From Neocallimastix sp. 'constans' (lineage: Eukaryota), in contig JBODTK010000107.1 in assembly GCA_050613775.1 (NCBI GenBank), forward strand, positions 372,001 through 436,000: a stretch of DNA of 64,000 bases, in the 5' to 3' direction. The translations under genes were made by a program, and so were the position numbers. The stretch's first letter is position 1, and every line of letters starts with the position of its first letter. The notes below the pieces were generated by a model that saw nothing but the letters and a program-made list of their open reading frames with translations, made no database searches and was not told where the DNA came from. Positions 1-14,455 of this stretch are shown piece by piece.

Positions 1-144
1 TAATAATAATATTTTTATATCTATATAAATTATTAAATTTTAATGATTTATATATATATATATAAAATATAGCTATAATATTATTATTATAAGTGTATAA
101 TAAACTACAGTTTTTTTATTTTTTATTTTTTTACTTTTCTAAAA

Positions 145-3091
145 TTACTTTAGGTTACAGTTACGAAGTTCATAAACAACGGGTTCATAGAATTCTGGAG
201 TACCACCTAATTCCTGTTCTCTTTGCTTTCTTTTCAGGTCCATTTCTCTGGTGAAAGAATTTCCTGGATCGAAGTTTACAATTTTAGTAACTTCATCTGA
301 CCATCCAAAGAAGAATGATTTAAAATCAATTGATTCTTCTCCTTGAAATTCAACAATAACATCACTCTTTTTTACTGCCTTTTTCGCCCTTCTTTCTCTT
401 CTTTCTTTCATACGCTTAATAATGGGATCGGAATCAACTGAATTATTAATTTTATTAAATATATTTTCTATTGAATCTGAAAATTTATTTTCGGAATTGT
501 CAACTGGTATACCTTCATTCTTTAATTCAGTGGTTGAAAAGTTCGATTCACTGCTATTGATCTTTGATAATGGACTTTTCTTAAATCCATCTTCTGTGGT
601 TGATGATAATGAATTCTCTTCTTTATCCTTACTTAATGTTAAAAAGCTATTATCATACCATCTTCCATCATTAATATTGGTAAGCCATACTTCTACACTT
701 TTTTGGGTAAGCTTACGGACAACATCACTACTATTACGTCCAATCCATACATAGATTTTTCCTGGGGCATTACTATCTAAGATGATACAGCAATCATCAG
801 ATAAATCATATTGTGTGAAGTTTTCAATTTCATTGACGGAGAAATAGCCTTTACTGCAATCGCATTTAAAGAATCTCGGTGCTTTCATATACCATGATTC
901 TGTTCCTTTACCGTAATGGATATTTAATTTCTTTTTCCTCATATTCATGACGTAAGGTGAAGAATAATTTCTTATTAATGATCTTCTTTTTTCGAATGAT
1001 CCATAGAAGGATTGTGAAGGCGTCATGAGAGGTGTTCTAGAAGGTGTCATGGATGGTGTTAAAGATGAAGAAGAAAGAGTACCACTGTCTCCACCATTAG
1101 TATTGACACCTAAATTTGTCCAAAATTGATCACTCTCACTTCCTTCCTGGATAAGATTTAATTCATATTTACCTCCTTGAATTGATAGATCCGAAGGTTG
1201 AATCGTATTTAAATCATAACCAAAATGTTTAGGCTTATTTATTTTTAATGGATCTTCAGATGACATTAATTCCGATATCCATTTGGATATTTCAATGGCT
1301 CTTCTCACTTCATCCTTACTGGAACCTTTGCCTATCCATAAATCACATTCAAAACCGTTTTCTTCAAAGTGTTTATTGGCTAAGGAGGTGAGTGATTCTT
1401 TTATGTCTAATTCTATATCCCTGGTAGAACTCCTTCTACTCATAGAGCCTTTTCTACTTGCTCTTGAAGAAACCGATCCTTTTCTACTATTATTTCCAAT
1501 AATGGTTTTGATAAGAGTAGTGGTAAAAATGGGATTAGTTGTTTTCATTTCCTTATTTTCATTTTCATTTTTATTTCCACTTTCATTTTCATTTCCACTC
1601 TCATTTTCATTTCCACTCTCATTTTCATTTCCACTCTCATTTTCATTTCCATTCTCACTTTCATTTCCACTTTCATTTTGTTGTTGCTCTTGTGGCTGTT
1701 CTTCATTGATATTATTAATTGTTTCATCTGATTCTTGATGAGTTTTTTCTTTATTAAGATTAACTTCACTATTTTCTAGCTTTTCCTTTTCATCATTACT
1801 TATACCTTCACCTTGTTGTTGTTGATCCTCCATAGTATTATTAACTTCAGATGGTTTTTGGTTTTCATTATTATCATTATTATTATTATTATTATTATTA
1901 TTAACATTGGAGTTTTCATTTTCAGGTGGATCTCGTTCTTCCTTTATCTTCTTTTCATTTTCAACTATATTTTCTATATTTTCATTATTTTCTAATTTTT
2001 CGTTGCTTTCATTAATGGTTGATATTTTTACATTATCATAACTAATACCAATTTCTGTTTTTTCATCACACTCAGCAATATTATTGCTTTTAGTACTTTC
2101 ATTTTCACTAACACTATTTGTACTGGATTCATTTTCATTATAACATTCATTATCATCTTCATAAAATTCTTTTGAAATAAAGTTGAGATTATTATTAATT
2201 ATAAGGAAACAATCTCTACTTACTAACGATTCGGCTTTTGTATCAACTTCCCATGCTCTTGTTGTTCTGTTTTGTTGATTAGTTTGAATATGGAACATGT
2301 GTAATGGTTGCTTTTTATAGTATTTACTGTAATCATTGTTATCATCTTCAAAATAGAGGTTTTCATTGGAACAACTGTAAGATAAAGGATTGGTAATGTT
2401 GGCCTGATAATAATAATTTAACCTTGAATTCTTAAAATACACACAATAATTATTAAGATGAGATAAGAAATAAAGTAATTCACTACCTTGATGCAAAATT
2501 TTGACTTGTACAGGCTCATGGTAGGCAGCTAAGGTACTTTGTTCGATTTGATCTTTCTTCAAATAAAGGAAGGCAAGCCATGCAAATTTATTTGCCATAG
2601 TTCCCTGCCAGAAATAAACAATACAACTTATTTTACGATTAAATGTTTTCTTTTTTCCAATTATAGTATGACATTTAGATAAACTTTGTTTGGAATGATT
2701 ATTTTCATCATCAATATTATTTTCAGATTCCTCTTGTTCATCTTCATTATTATCTTCTTCTCCTTCTTCTCCTTCTTCTTCTTCTTCTTCTTCTTCTTCT
2801 TCTTCCCCTTCTCCTTTTTCTTCTTCGTCTTCTTCATTATTCTTGGCTTTATAAATACATAAAAATATATAAGAATTTTTACTGTAAAATTGTCCAAGTT
2901 CTGTTTCTGAAATGTCTATGAAATTACAGCTTAAAGGATCAAATACAAAACCATGAATTGCTAATAAATCTTCATTAGCTTCATTCATTGTTTTTTCAAG
3001 TTTTGAAGCTTCTTCAGAGTTTTGTTCTTTTGGATTAGTATTATATAATGCACTGGCATCAATCTTTAAATTACCTTTGTAACAGTTATCT

Positions 3092-3126
<35 letters not shown>

Positions 3127-3902
3127 TTCAATTATATATATTATAAAATAAAATGATTAGTAATAATAATAAATTAAAGTTATTTATAAAGAAAAATATA
3201 AATAAAAATTTTTAAATAATCTGTTTAATTAACCTGGCAAAATTAATTTGGAGAAATCAGGATTTTTAGGTATACCCCAATTAAAGAATTTGACAGCAAA
3301 TTTTTCATTTTCACTATTTTCATTTAATCTATGCAATCCAACCCATTTTGGTCTTTTTTTATTTGGAATTAATTTCTTTATAATTATATTTCATATAAAT
3401 AACAATATATTATTTTTTATATTAATAATGACATCATTATTTATTATTAATATTATATTAAGTTTAGTAAGTAAATAAATATATATATATATATATAAGA
3501 CAATATTATACCACTGTAAATTCTCTGATTAATTCACGGGCATATTCATTGGATTTATTCCCTGTCCATAAAAATATTTCTACACCACAATCCAATACAT
3601 AACAATTATCAGTAGTTAAAATATTTTTGTCAAAGAAATATCCTTCAGCTTCTAAATAATCTTCACAATTGATATCATCTAAATTTTCAATATCTGGAAT
3701 TCTATAATTAATTATTTTATTAATAAACAAATTTATTATATATTATTTAAAATAATTGTATTAATTTTATAATATGTTCATACTTATATAATTTATATGG
3801 TTGCTTAGCAACTTTAAGAATTTCAATAGTTTCTTTGTCTTCTTCAAGAAATTTGGCTAATTCTTCAGCTACATTATAATAATTATTAATGAAACTTTAT
3901 TA

Positions 3903-3935
<33 letters not shown>

Positions 3936-4540
3936 CATATTTTAATATATTACTGAGTTTAAAAAACTCCATATATTACCATTTTCTTTAGTTCTTTCTT
4001 CATCAAAAAATTCCCAAAAACTATCTTCTTCTTCAAATTCTTCATATGTTATAATTTCTGCCTTATGGTTTCTATCATTTGAATTTATTCTTCTCAATAA
4101 TATATTACAAAATACTTTATTTGCTAAACTTGACTTTTTTCCATTCCATTGATATAATTCTAAACCAGCGTCAATTAAAAATACACTATTACTATCAAGC
4201 ATATGAGGACTTGGCTCGACCTAATTATAATAATAAATAATTTATATCATATAATATATTAATATCAATATTATAAAATAATATAAAATAATTAATACTT
4301 AAATTTAATAATATTTTTATCAATATCAATATATATATATATATGTTTTAATTATTTTACAAACTTACCAAATGAATCAAACCATTATCATAAATTTTAT
4401 ACATTCGAAATGGATATTGATATTCACAAGGAGGTGATAGTCTACTTTCAGCACATTGATCATAATCTAAATACCTAATTTCAGATCCAAATATATATTT
4501 AAAGTCATCGCTTTCTTCCCCTTCCATCTTTAAAATAATT

Positions 4541-4583
<43 letters not shown>

Positions 4584-5960
4584 AATTAAAAATTTATAAA
4601 AATAATCAGATATTAAAAAAAAAAAATTTTTTTTAGCATATATATTTTAATAATTAAGTTTATATATATATATAAATATATAAAATTTACCTCTCGTGAT
4701 ATACTTGAAGTCTCATTAATAAATCCTTTTAACATAACTGAATAAATTGCAGAGCAAAACAATTTATCCTTTTCAGCTTTTAGTCCTATCCATTGAAATA
4801 TTTTGTGCTTCAATTCTTTATTTTCCCAATATGTATTTAATATTACATAACAATCTCCTGTACAAAAAGCACCATAATCATCTGAATCAACCATATCTAG
4901 ACTTAAATCCTTAATACGGAATACCTCTATTCCTTCTGTTTCACCGATGCCTACAGGGAATACGTCAGTAGTATCCCACATCATTTTTGGTTGATCATAG
5001 AAACTTTTTGTTTTTGTGATGGGATATGAAGAAACATTATTTAATTGTGAAACATTTATATCTGCTTTTTCTGTTTCCGTTTCCTCGGAAACGTCTTTAT
5101 TGATACATTTCGTTAAAGCTTCAATAAAAATATCACCTTGATGTTCTCTTAACTTTTTTGTTAATTTTTTATTTTTAATGTCAGTTTTATTTTTCTTTTT
5201 CAAATCTTTAATTTCAACTATTTCTGTTTTTTCAAAGGATGCACCATAAAATTCATTTTCATTAATAAATATTCTTTGATGCTAGATATACCAATAAATT
5301 TAACAATGAAATTATATATTTATGACAATATAACGGTAACATCCACAATAATAATGGTAATGATGATGAAAAAAATAATTTATTTTATATAAATTTACAT
5401 ATTAATTACATAAATTAATAAAAATTTTTAGAATATTATTTTTTTTAAATGTTGTATGTTACTAAAAATCTTTAATACTTATATATAAATATATATAATA
5501 TATCTTACATTTTCTTCTTCTTCATCAGTGCCAATCTTATGTATTTTTTTAATAATTTCTTTTTCTCTTTTTATTTCATCTTTAATTAGTTTTCTATTCC
5601 TTTCTCTTTCTTCTTCTCTTTTTTGTTTCCGTTTATTTATTTCTTCTTTAAATTGATCAAAGTCAAAATCAGCTGAACATATAGAAAGTACTATTTATTT
5701 TTTGTATTAATACATATAAGATATACATAAATAAATTAATTTTTTTTTCTTTCTTTCTTTTTTTTTTTTTTTTTTTTTTTACTTTATATGATAATTGTAA
5801 TAATTTTAATCAATAATAATATTATATAGTTTATACATGAATTTGAGTTTCTTATTTTTCCTGTTAAATCATTTTCATTTTTTAGTGAATGTAATCTTTT
5901 TGGTATTATTTCTGATGTTCTTCTATTAGATGAGGTATATATTCTCCCTATTGAATCCAT
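145..5960 (-). CDS. Flightless-I-like gelsolin/villin-repeat actin-binding protein lacking the LRR domain (about 9 exons: 5960-5837, 5690-5509, 5281-4691, 4528-4369, 4221-3979, 3871-3784, 3702-3512, 3375-3233, 3089-145; internal boundaries approximate)
   Basis: Gelsolin repeats closely resemble those of FLII: S1 GIEVFRIKDL..GAFCTGDCYVILNT..IFQWIG..DKLFCSAIY; S2 LDSNSVFLIDAGLELYQWNG..RINSNDRNHKAEI; S3 NCYVLDCGVEIFLWTG..RPKW..FAVKFFNW; S4 CIVYFWQG..FAWLAF; S6 PRFFKCDCSKGYFSVNE..FTQYDL..IYVWIG..QGEESIDFKSFFFGW. GT..AG introns link the ORF pieces. Confidence 0.85.
1555..1680 (-). repeat. 18-nt coding tandem repeat (ENESGN)n inside the gelsolin-like gene
   Basis: A unit of the type TTTCCACTCTCATTTTCA repeats about 6 times; the translation reads NESGNENESGNE... 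Confidence 0.85.
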
Positions 5961-7255
5961 TCTTATATTTTTTTTTTCTTTTGTACTTTTCTTTATGTAT
6001 TTCTTATTTTATGATTTTTTTTATTATTTTATTAATAATAACAAAATATATATAGTAATAGTTTTAATATTCTTTTATTATTTCTAATAAATATTTATGA
6101 AATTAATATTATAAATACTTTTATTTTTGTAATTTAATAAAATGTTTTCGATAAGGTTTATTAGTATGATATTTGTAATATGAAATGTTATTGTGTTATT
6201 GTAATATATAAAAACATTATATATATGGATAGTATATTTATAAGGTGTTATGTATACTTCATTTCTCTATTTTATACAATAATATAATTAGAATAAAATA
6301 ATAAAAAATAATAAAAAATAAAAATGAATTATTAAATAAAAATATAATAATAATGATTATAATTGCAAGAAATAAAAGTGATATGTAATAAAGAGAAGAA
6401 AATAAATAAGATATAATTAATGCTTAATTATAACTTTAATTATATAAAATTATTATAAATTAATAAAAAATATTTTATAAATATTATAAATATGTATAAT
6501 TAAAAAAAAAGAAAATTTATGAATATAATATTCATTATAAAAATTTATTTTTAAACTAATTAATTAAACTTCGCAAAATAAATAATTTTAATGAAATTTA
6601 ATAAAAAAAATGATGATGATAAATGAATAGACATTTCTACAAAAATAAATTTAATATATATATATAAATATAATTTTTTTTTTAAAAAAAAAAAAAAATA
6701 AGGGAGATTAAAATTTTATTATATATTTATATCTTAATTTTAAAAAATATATACATAATTATTTAAATAATAATATTCTTCAATTTGTAATATCAAAAAT
6801 ATTTTTTATTATCAAATAAAGTTTCTACAATTTATAATGAATTTTTTTTTAATCAAATTTTTATTTAAAAATACATGAAAAAAAATAACTTTATTTATAT
6901 TTTACATAAAATTTTAAAAAAAGAACTACTTTTTTTTTTATACAATTTTGTAATATACAAAATATTATTATTTTACGATTTAGTATTTCCCTTTATATAT
7001 ATATATATATATTCGTTTAAATACAAATAATCATAAAAAAATTGTAATAAACTTTATGAATTTTATCATATTTTTTAATGAACACTTTTTTAACTTGTTA
7101 TATATATGAAAAAGTTTTAATGTTTAATTAATATGATATTTGTAATTAATTATATAATATTTTACTATTATTTAAAATTTAATATTATTTTCATTTAAAA
7201 TATTGAATTTGGATAGTATTCAATAAAGTTTTTTAGATTTACATCTTCTTAATAC

Positions 7256-8167
7256 TTAATATTCATATAATTCTTCTCCTAAAATCATATAAAATTTTTT
7301 GTAAATAATATTAATTAGTATATGTATATATAAATTATTATAAATTTGCAATATTACCTGTAATAATGTTATAATTTCCATTTGGTTTGGATTTTCCAAC
7401 ATTTTCAAGTACAGCTGTAATTTTTTCTACATATGGATATTTCGGTTGTTTTGATTGATAATATTTTCTTTCTTCATCAGTAAACATTGCTGGTAAAATA
7501 AGTGATGTGCATTCATTAGGTAACCTTGGTGGGAAGGATGGAAGCTTTTATTTTTAATTATTTCCATTCAAAATTAATTTTTATTTGTTTTGTTTTAATT
7601 TTTATTTTTATTTTTCAATTTTATTTTTATTTTATTGTATTTTTAATAAATTTTTTATAAAAATATTTTCATAAATATAAAATAAAATTTTTAATATTAA
7701 TATATAACTAAATATCATATTTTTTTAGTTTTTATAATTATTTTTATATCACATACATGATCATCATCAATTTTATTTTTCCAATAAGTTACATCGTTAT
7801 CTTTTTGTTCTTTATCTATTGGTTTATTATTTGCTGGTTTTTTCTTTGAAACATAAAATTTTTGTCTACATTTTGGACATAACTTTTCTGATAAACCATT
7901 TTTCGAACAAAATTGAGAATCACAATCTTTTGATGCTTCCTCTGACTTGCAGGCTTTTGATGTAATACCTTCTCTTGAATTATCTGATATTCTTGGTAAT
8001 TTTTTATCAGGCCTGTAGTATTTTTTTAAAACCTTTAAGTATTCCGGATTTGTTTCTGCATATCTTCGTATTGCGTTTTCTGTTAATCTATCACGTCTGT
8101 TATTATGGTATATATCTTTTGATTCTAAATATGGAATTTCTTCAGTGTATCTCTTACATTTACTCAT
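7256..8167 (-). CDS. Hypothetical protein, 3 exons (8167-7757, 7544-7358, 7278-7256), ending ...GNYNIITGEELYEY*
   Basis: ORF 7715-8167 splices at CAT|GTATGT to AG|CTTCCA.. (LPSFPPRLPNEC...), then at ACAG|GTAAT to TTTTAG|GAGAAG.. ending in TAA. The reading frame is kept across both introns. Confidence 0.7.
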
Positions 8168-10770
8168 TTTTATATCTATTATATAAAAACAAATGATAAT
8201 ATATAAAGAAAAATGATTATAATTTAAAAAATTTCCTATTTATAATGTTGATATACGATATTAAAGGTAAAAAATAAAAAATAAAAAAAAAAAAAAAATA
8301 AAAAAAAAAAAAAAAACAAGTAAAATTTAAATAAAATTTTTTAAAAAAATTTTCTTATATTTATGTTTATTTTTTTTTTATTTTTTTTTTTTAAATATAT
8401 ATATATATATATTATTTTATTTATAAAATATTAAAGTGTATTTAAATTACTAAAAATAATATTTATTATATCCAAAAAGATTAAGAATAAAAGAAAATTT
8501 TGTAAAAATAATAAACTTCTTTTTTAAAAATTATTCATGAGAATATATAAAAATATAATATTTTTAAAAATAAAAAAGTAAAATATTATATTTTTATATA
8601 TTCTCTTTTTTATTTTTCAAAAGATAAAAATTAACTAAATATAGAAAAACAAACAAAAGAATGAAATAATTCTATAAATTGTAATACTATTCTTTTTAAC
8701 ACAAAATTTTATTAATTATGTAATTCTAAATTTAGAATTTTATGGGAGATAACACATTTTTAATAAAAATTCAATTTTATTATAATTATTTAAAATTATA
8801 TATACATAAAACATATATACATATATATTTTATAATATTTTTTTTAAATTTTTTAAAAAAATATTTTTTAAAATAATTTTTAAATATTTTAAGTATTATA
8901 TATAAAAAAATTTTTTTTTATTTAATATTAATTCACTAATATAATATTTATTTATTTTTTTTTATATAAAATATTTTTAGGTATTAAACATATATTCTTT
9001 ATTTGTTTTATCAAATACTTTTATATATAACTAGAAAATTTTTAAATAAATATTATTTATAAATAAAATAGAATTTTTTAATATTTTAGTATTATTAATA
9101 TTTTTACACAAAATCATGTAAAAATCTATTTTATTGTTTCAACAATATCCATTCACAATGATATAAAATGAAATATTCAAACCTTAATTAATATAAAATA
9201 GTTTTTATTATTCAAACATAAATTAATGTCATAAATTAAATTTAAATCTAATGATTTTATTAATAATATTCTTAATATGTGGCTTGAATTCTAAATATAA
9301 ATTACAATAATACACTAATAATTAATAATAAATTTTATAGCATAAATCAATGTTCAAATTATATTCTTTTTTTTTATATTTATCTTTTTATAGTTATTAA
9401 ATATTTCCTTAAATAATAATTATCAATATTTATAACACATAAACATAAAAATTCATTAAAGTTTATTTTAATCAAAAGAACAACTAATTAAATAGTTAAT
9501 TATAACTAAATAACATGAATTAAGAGAAATGTGTGTGCGTGAAAGTTGTTTGATAGTTTTAAATGTATAAATATGTATAATCATAATAATAAAATGTGTA
9601 ATCATAAGAATAAAATTCAAATAAATAAATAATTCTTTAAATTTAATAAATAAATCCTAACAATTACATCCTCGATTATATATATCAACGGTCAATAAAA
9701 AAAATTGATACTTAAAAAATAAAAATAAATAAATAAATTATACATATAAAACTGATAATAATGTTTAATGAATAATATTAATTTTGTGTAAAATTTTATT
9801 TTTATTTTCCGTATATTATATTAAAAAAATTATAAAAGGATTTCTACAAAACGAAATATCAATAAAAACAAAAATAATGTAACAAATTCCAAATATTTTA
9901 ATTTATTTTGATTTATTTTAATTTATTTTTTTAAAATGTTCAAAAATATAAATATTATTTAATATTGTAAAAGATTATAAATGGTATGAAAATATATTAA
10001 AAATTTATAATAGGTATATAAAAATATTTATATAATCAAAATTTTAAATACATATATTTTTATATTAATTATAAAAAATATTATTTATTAAACTGATTGG
10101 TTAAAATTTAATAAGCATTAAATGTTGTACTACAAATAATATAAAAAAAATAATATTTAAGATTTTAATTTGTATATATTAAAATTTATAAAAAATACAA
10201 AGTAAAATAGTTTTATATAATTTTTTTATAATAATTAAGCTAGGAAATAAAAACGTGTTATTAATATTATTTTAATGAATTTTAATAAAATTTTTTAATA
10301 AAAAAAGTGATAAATTAATCATAAGACAAATTTTGATGAATATTATTTGTTTTAAATATTATTTAATTATTAAAAAATAAAACAAAAACAAACAATTAAA
10401 TAAAACAAAAATAAAACAAAAACAAACAATTTAATAAAAAAACAAAAAATAAAAACATTAAATTTTTTTTATTTTTTTTTTATAGTTCTTTTTTAATAGA
10501 TCATTTTATTATTTTTTTTTTGTTTTAAAAAATTTTTTTTAAAATTTTGAATTTAAATTTAATAGATATAGAATTAAATGTTATAGTAGTTGTTCATAAT
10601 ATTTTTTGTTTATATAAAGAGTAAAACAATAAATATTCTTTATATAAATAAACATATATAATAAATATAATTAAAGCAATTAATAATTAGAATAATTATT
10701 TTATAAATAGTATAAAAAATCGTATTTAAAAATTATATAAATAAATAAGAATATTTAAAATTAATACAAT

Positions 10771-12627
10771 ATGGCACCATTTCAAGGGCAAAATATATCA
10801 TACTCAAATAATAATATTAATAATAATCAAACAAATGTAATTTCAAATGAAGAAAATGAAAAATCAACAGATTATTATTTTATAATATATATACCATTAT
10901 TATTATTATCACTAATATATATCATAACAACGTTAATTTTATTCATATTAAGTAAAAAATCGAAGTTAATGATTATTCGTGATATTAATATATACATATA
11001 TAATACAATAGCGGTAATATTTTTAGTAATTTTATTGTTTTTAGAAGCTGCATTTACTGATGACTCAGAAGAAAATATTAAATTCAAAATTCCAAATATT
11101 ATTTATATATTAACATGGTAATTATAAAAAAGAGTTTATTCTTTTTAACTAAATATAATTCTTTTTTTTATTGTTATGATTACAATATTAACCAAATTTT
11201 ATGTTAATATTTTAAATTATTAGTGCTTATTCAATTCCAATATGGATATTTACAAATATTGTCAGAGTTAAGAAAACTGAATTTAGAATGAAAATTCAAA
11301 ATGCTAGATTGCGAAATTCAAGTATGTAAAATTAATATTAAATAATTTTAATGTTGAAAATCAAAATATCTTATTAACTGTTGTAAATTTTTTTTTTATA
11401 AATTTTAATAAAATAAAATTAAAATAGTGTATAGCATTGGAAATGATAAAAAGTAAATATTGGATAATTATTACATATAATAAATAATGAAATAATTAAT
11501 ATATAAAATATATATATAATAAAAAAATAACAACTAATAATTTTTATTGTTATATTATTATTAATAGAGCAAATGATAATCTTCATATCAATATTATTCA
11601 ATTTCACTTTTATGAAAAATGGTTAAATTTTGCAATCTTAGGATTGATCGGAATAATTTCTGTATTTTTAATAATATTATATACAATAAATAAAAATATT
11701 ATAAGCGATATAGAATTTATTAATGAAAAATACCATATGATTCTTTTAGCAACAATATTTATTAGTATGTTTTATGCCATATATAAAAAGATAAAAATTG
11801 GATTATATCGGGAAACTATCGGTGTTCAAGATGAAATCAATAATATAATATTTATTTCATTAATATGCAGTTTTGGATTTGTATTATTCAAACTTGTTTC
11901 TATTAAATTTGAATGTGTTCCTGTTTGTATTTGGTTTGTTTTATTTTTTATATTATACCATACTATTATTATCGTTAAACCAGTATTTGCAGTTCGTATT
12001 TATCAAAACAAGGTTGAAATGTTACACGAAAAATACAGAAGACATAGTGTTGCTAATATTAAGGTACCAAATGAAGTAAATGAAATGGAAATATCTACTT
12101 TTGAAAAAGTATTAAATCCAAATACTGATATATATAGAGAATTTAAGAGGTTCTTAGTAGGAGAAGTATGTATAGAAAACTTATTGTTCTATGAAACAAT
12201 GATTGATATTTTAATAAAATGTCAAAAGAAAATTATATCAGATAATACATGGAATCTAAAGAATTTAATTGAAAACCCAGAAAAGGAATATACAGCTATT
12301 AATATATCATTTAATTCATCAAATAAACAATCACCAGAAAATGGTTCAAATGAAATTCCATACTATGAAAAATTATATAGTTCAGCAAGTATAACGGAAT
12401 CACCAGAAATTAAGACATATTTACATAATATATTTGAAAAGTTTATTCCAGAAGGATCAGAATATCAATTAAATTTAACAAGTGATTTGGTTAAAACACT
12501 AGAACAAAAAATAAATAATGAAAATCAAATTGATATTTTGTTATTTAAACCTGCTCTTAAAGAAGTATACGAACTTCTAAGATGGACTAATTACCCAAGA
12601 TTTTTACAAACCAGAAAAGAAAATTAA
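10771..12627 (+). CDS. Multi-pass membrane protein with C-terminal RGS domain (7TM-RGS type); introns about 11118-11223, 11323-11427 and 11453-11567
   Basis: Several hydrophobic helices are followed by the RGS signature FKRFLVGEVCIENLLFYE...IFEKFIPEGSEYQLNL...LFKPALKEVYELLRWTNYPRFL. Confidence 0.85.
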
Positions 12628-13173
12628 TTTAAAAATATCTAGAAAAAAAATTATATAAAGTATATAAAAAAATTTAAATTAATATTTTGTATCTCTTATT
12701 TAAATATAAATATTATAAATATTAATAATTATATTCAAATAATAGATCCAAGGTATTAACATTTAAAAATATTCTTTAAAAATTTAATATTATATTAATA
12801 TTATATCAGTATATTTAACATATTAATACAGAAGTTACACGTATATATAAAACTAATTAATTAAATAAAATATATACTTTTAAATTAATCATTAAACTGA
12901 TAAATTTTATTTAGCTTTTATTTTTTTGTTTATTAATTTTTTATTTTATTTATTTTATTTTTATATATAAGAATGAATTTAACTTTTATTTTTTTTGTTT
13001 ATTATTATTTATTTTTTGTTTTATTTATTTTAATTTTATTTTAATTTTATATATAAGAATAAATGAATGAATAAAATATATAAATCAATTTAATACAATG
13101 ATTCTTAATATTTTTTTTTAATTAAAAATTAATTATATCTTATTGTTGAATAAACTTATAAAATAATTAATGT

Positions 13174-13214
<41 letters not shown>

Positions 13215-13292
13215 TTTAAAAACATGCTTATAATTTACGCTTAAATAAATTTATTATTGTTGTTGTTGTTATTATTATTGTTATTTGTATAA

Positions 13293-13323
<31 letters not shown>

Positions 13324-13611
13324 GAAAAAAAAAAAATGTTTAATATAATTGTTGACTAGACTTATTAAATAATATTTTTAGTATTTTTTTTTTTTTTTAA
13401 TTTGTTAAAAAACATATTTATAATTTACACTTTAATAAATTTATTATTACTGAATTGTTATTGTTATTTCAAATGCAATTTTTTCATTTTTATGTTCTTT
13501 ATAAATATTAATTCAACTATATATTTTAATTTTTCTTTTTCTTTTTTATTATTATTAAATAATTTTAAATAATTGTATAATAAGTTATAGTTATATATAA
13601 ATATATAAAAA

Positions 13612-13677
13612 TGATAAAGTTATAAAGTTTTAAAGTAAAATATTACATGGAAGAAATTATTTTTTTTTTATCTGTAT

Positions 13678-13737
<60 letters not shown>

Positions 13738-14041
13738 CATTATTGGTATTATTGGTATGGCAATTCGCTAATTAATAAATATATATAATATTAGTATTAA
13801 AACTTCAAAAAAAGTAAATTTTTTATATAAAAAATTTAAGAACAAAATTGATAAAGTTATAAAGTTTTTAAGTAAAATATTACATGGAAGAAATTATTTT
13901 TTTTTAACTGTATTATTAAAAAAAAAAAATTAATAACTAATATTATTGGTTAGGCAATTCGCTAATTAATAAATATATATAATATTAGTATTAAAACTTC
14001 AAAAAAAGTAAATTTTTTATATAAAAAATTTAAGAACAAAA
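13612..14041. repeat. Intergenic tandem duplication, two copies of about 190-235 bp (13612-13847 and 13849-14041)
   Basis: Both copies share TGATAAAGTTATAAAGTTTT..TATTACATGGAAGAAATT..GGCAATTCGCTAATTAATAAAT..AAATTTAAGAACAAAA and differ mainly in poly(A) length. Confidence 0.9.
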
Positions 14042-14424
14042 CAATTTTTATGTTTAAGTTATCTATTAATACATACGTTACAAAACGAATATCAATTATA
14101 TTATAGAATACAAATATTAAAAATATTATTTAATATTTTAAATTACATTACTAATGATTTTAATATCAAATAAATTGTTTTATTCAAATATGATAATATG
14201 GAATTACAAAAAAAAAAAAAAAAAAAAAGCTAGATTGGGATATAAAAGAAACAAAAAAATTAAACATAAATATATTATATATTATTAACTAAAAATTCAT
14301 TTAATAAATCAATAAAAAATTATATATATATATATTGATTTTGTTATATATATAATAAAACAATTATTAAATAATGAAAATTTTAAAGATATTAAATAAT
14401 AATTAATAAAATATAACATTAAAA

Positions 14425-14455
<31 letters not shown>

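Noticed and set aside
422..2897. Small overlapping ORFs within the gelsolin-like gene
   Set aside because: Antisense or alternative-frame products of low-complexity coding sequence.
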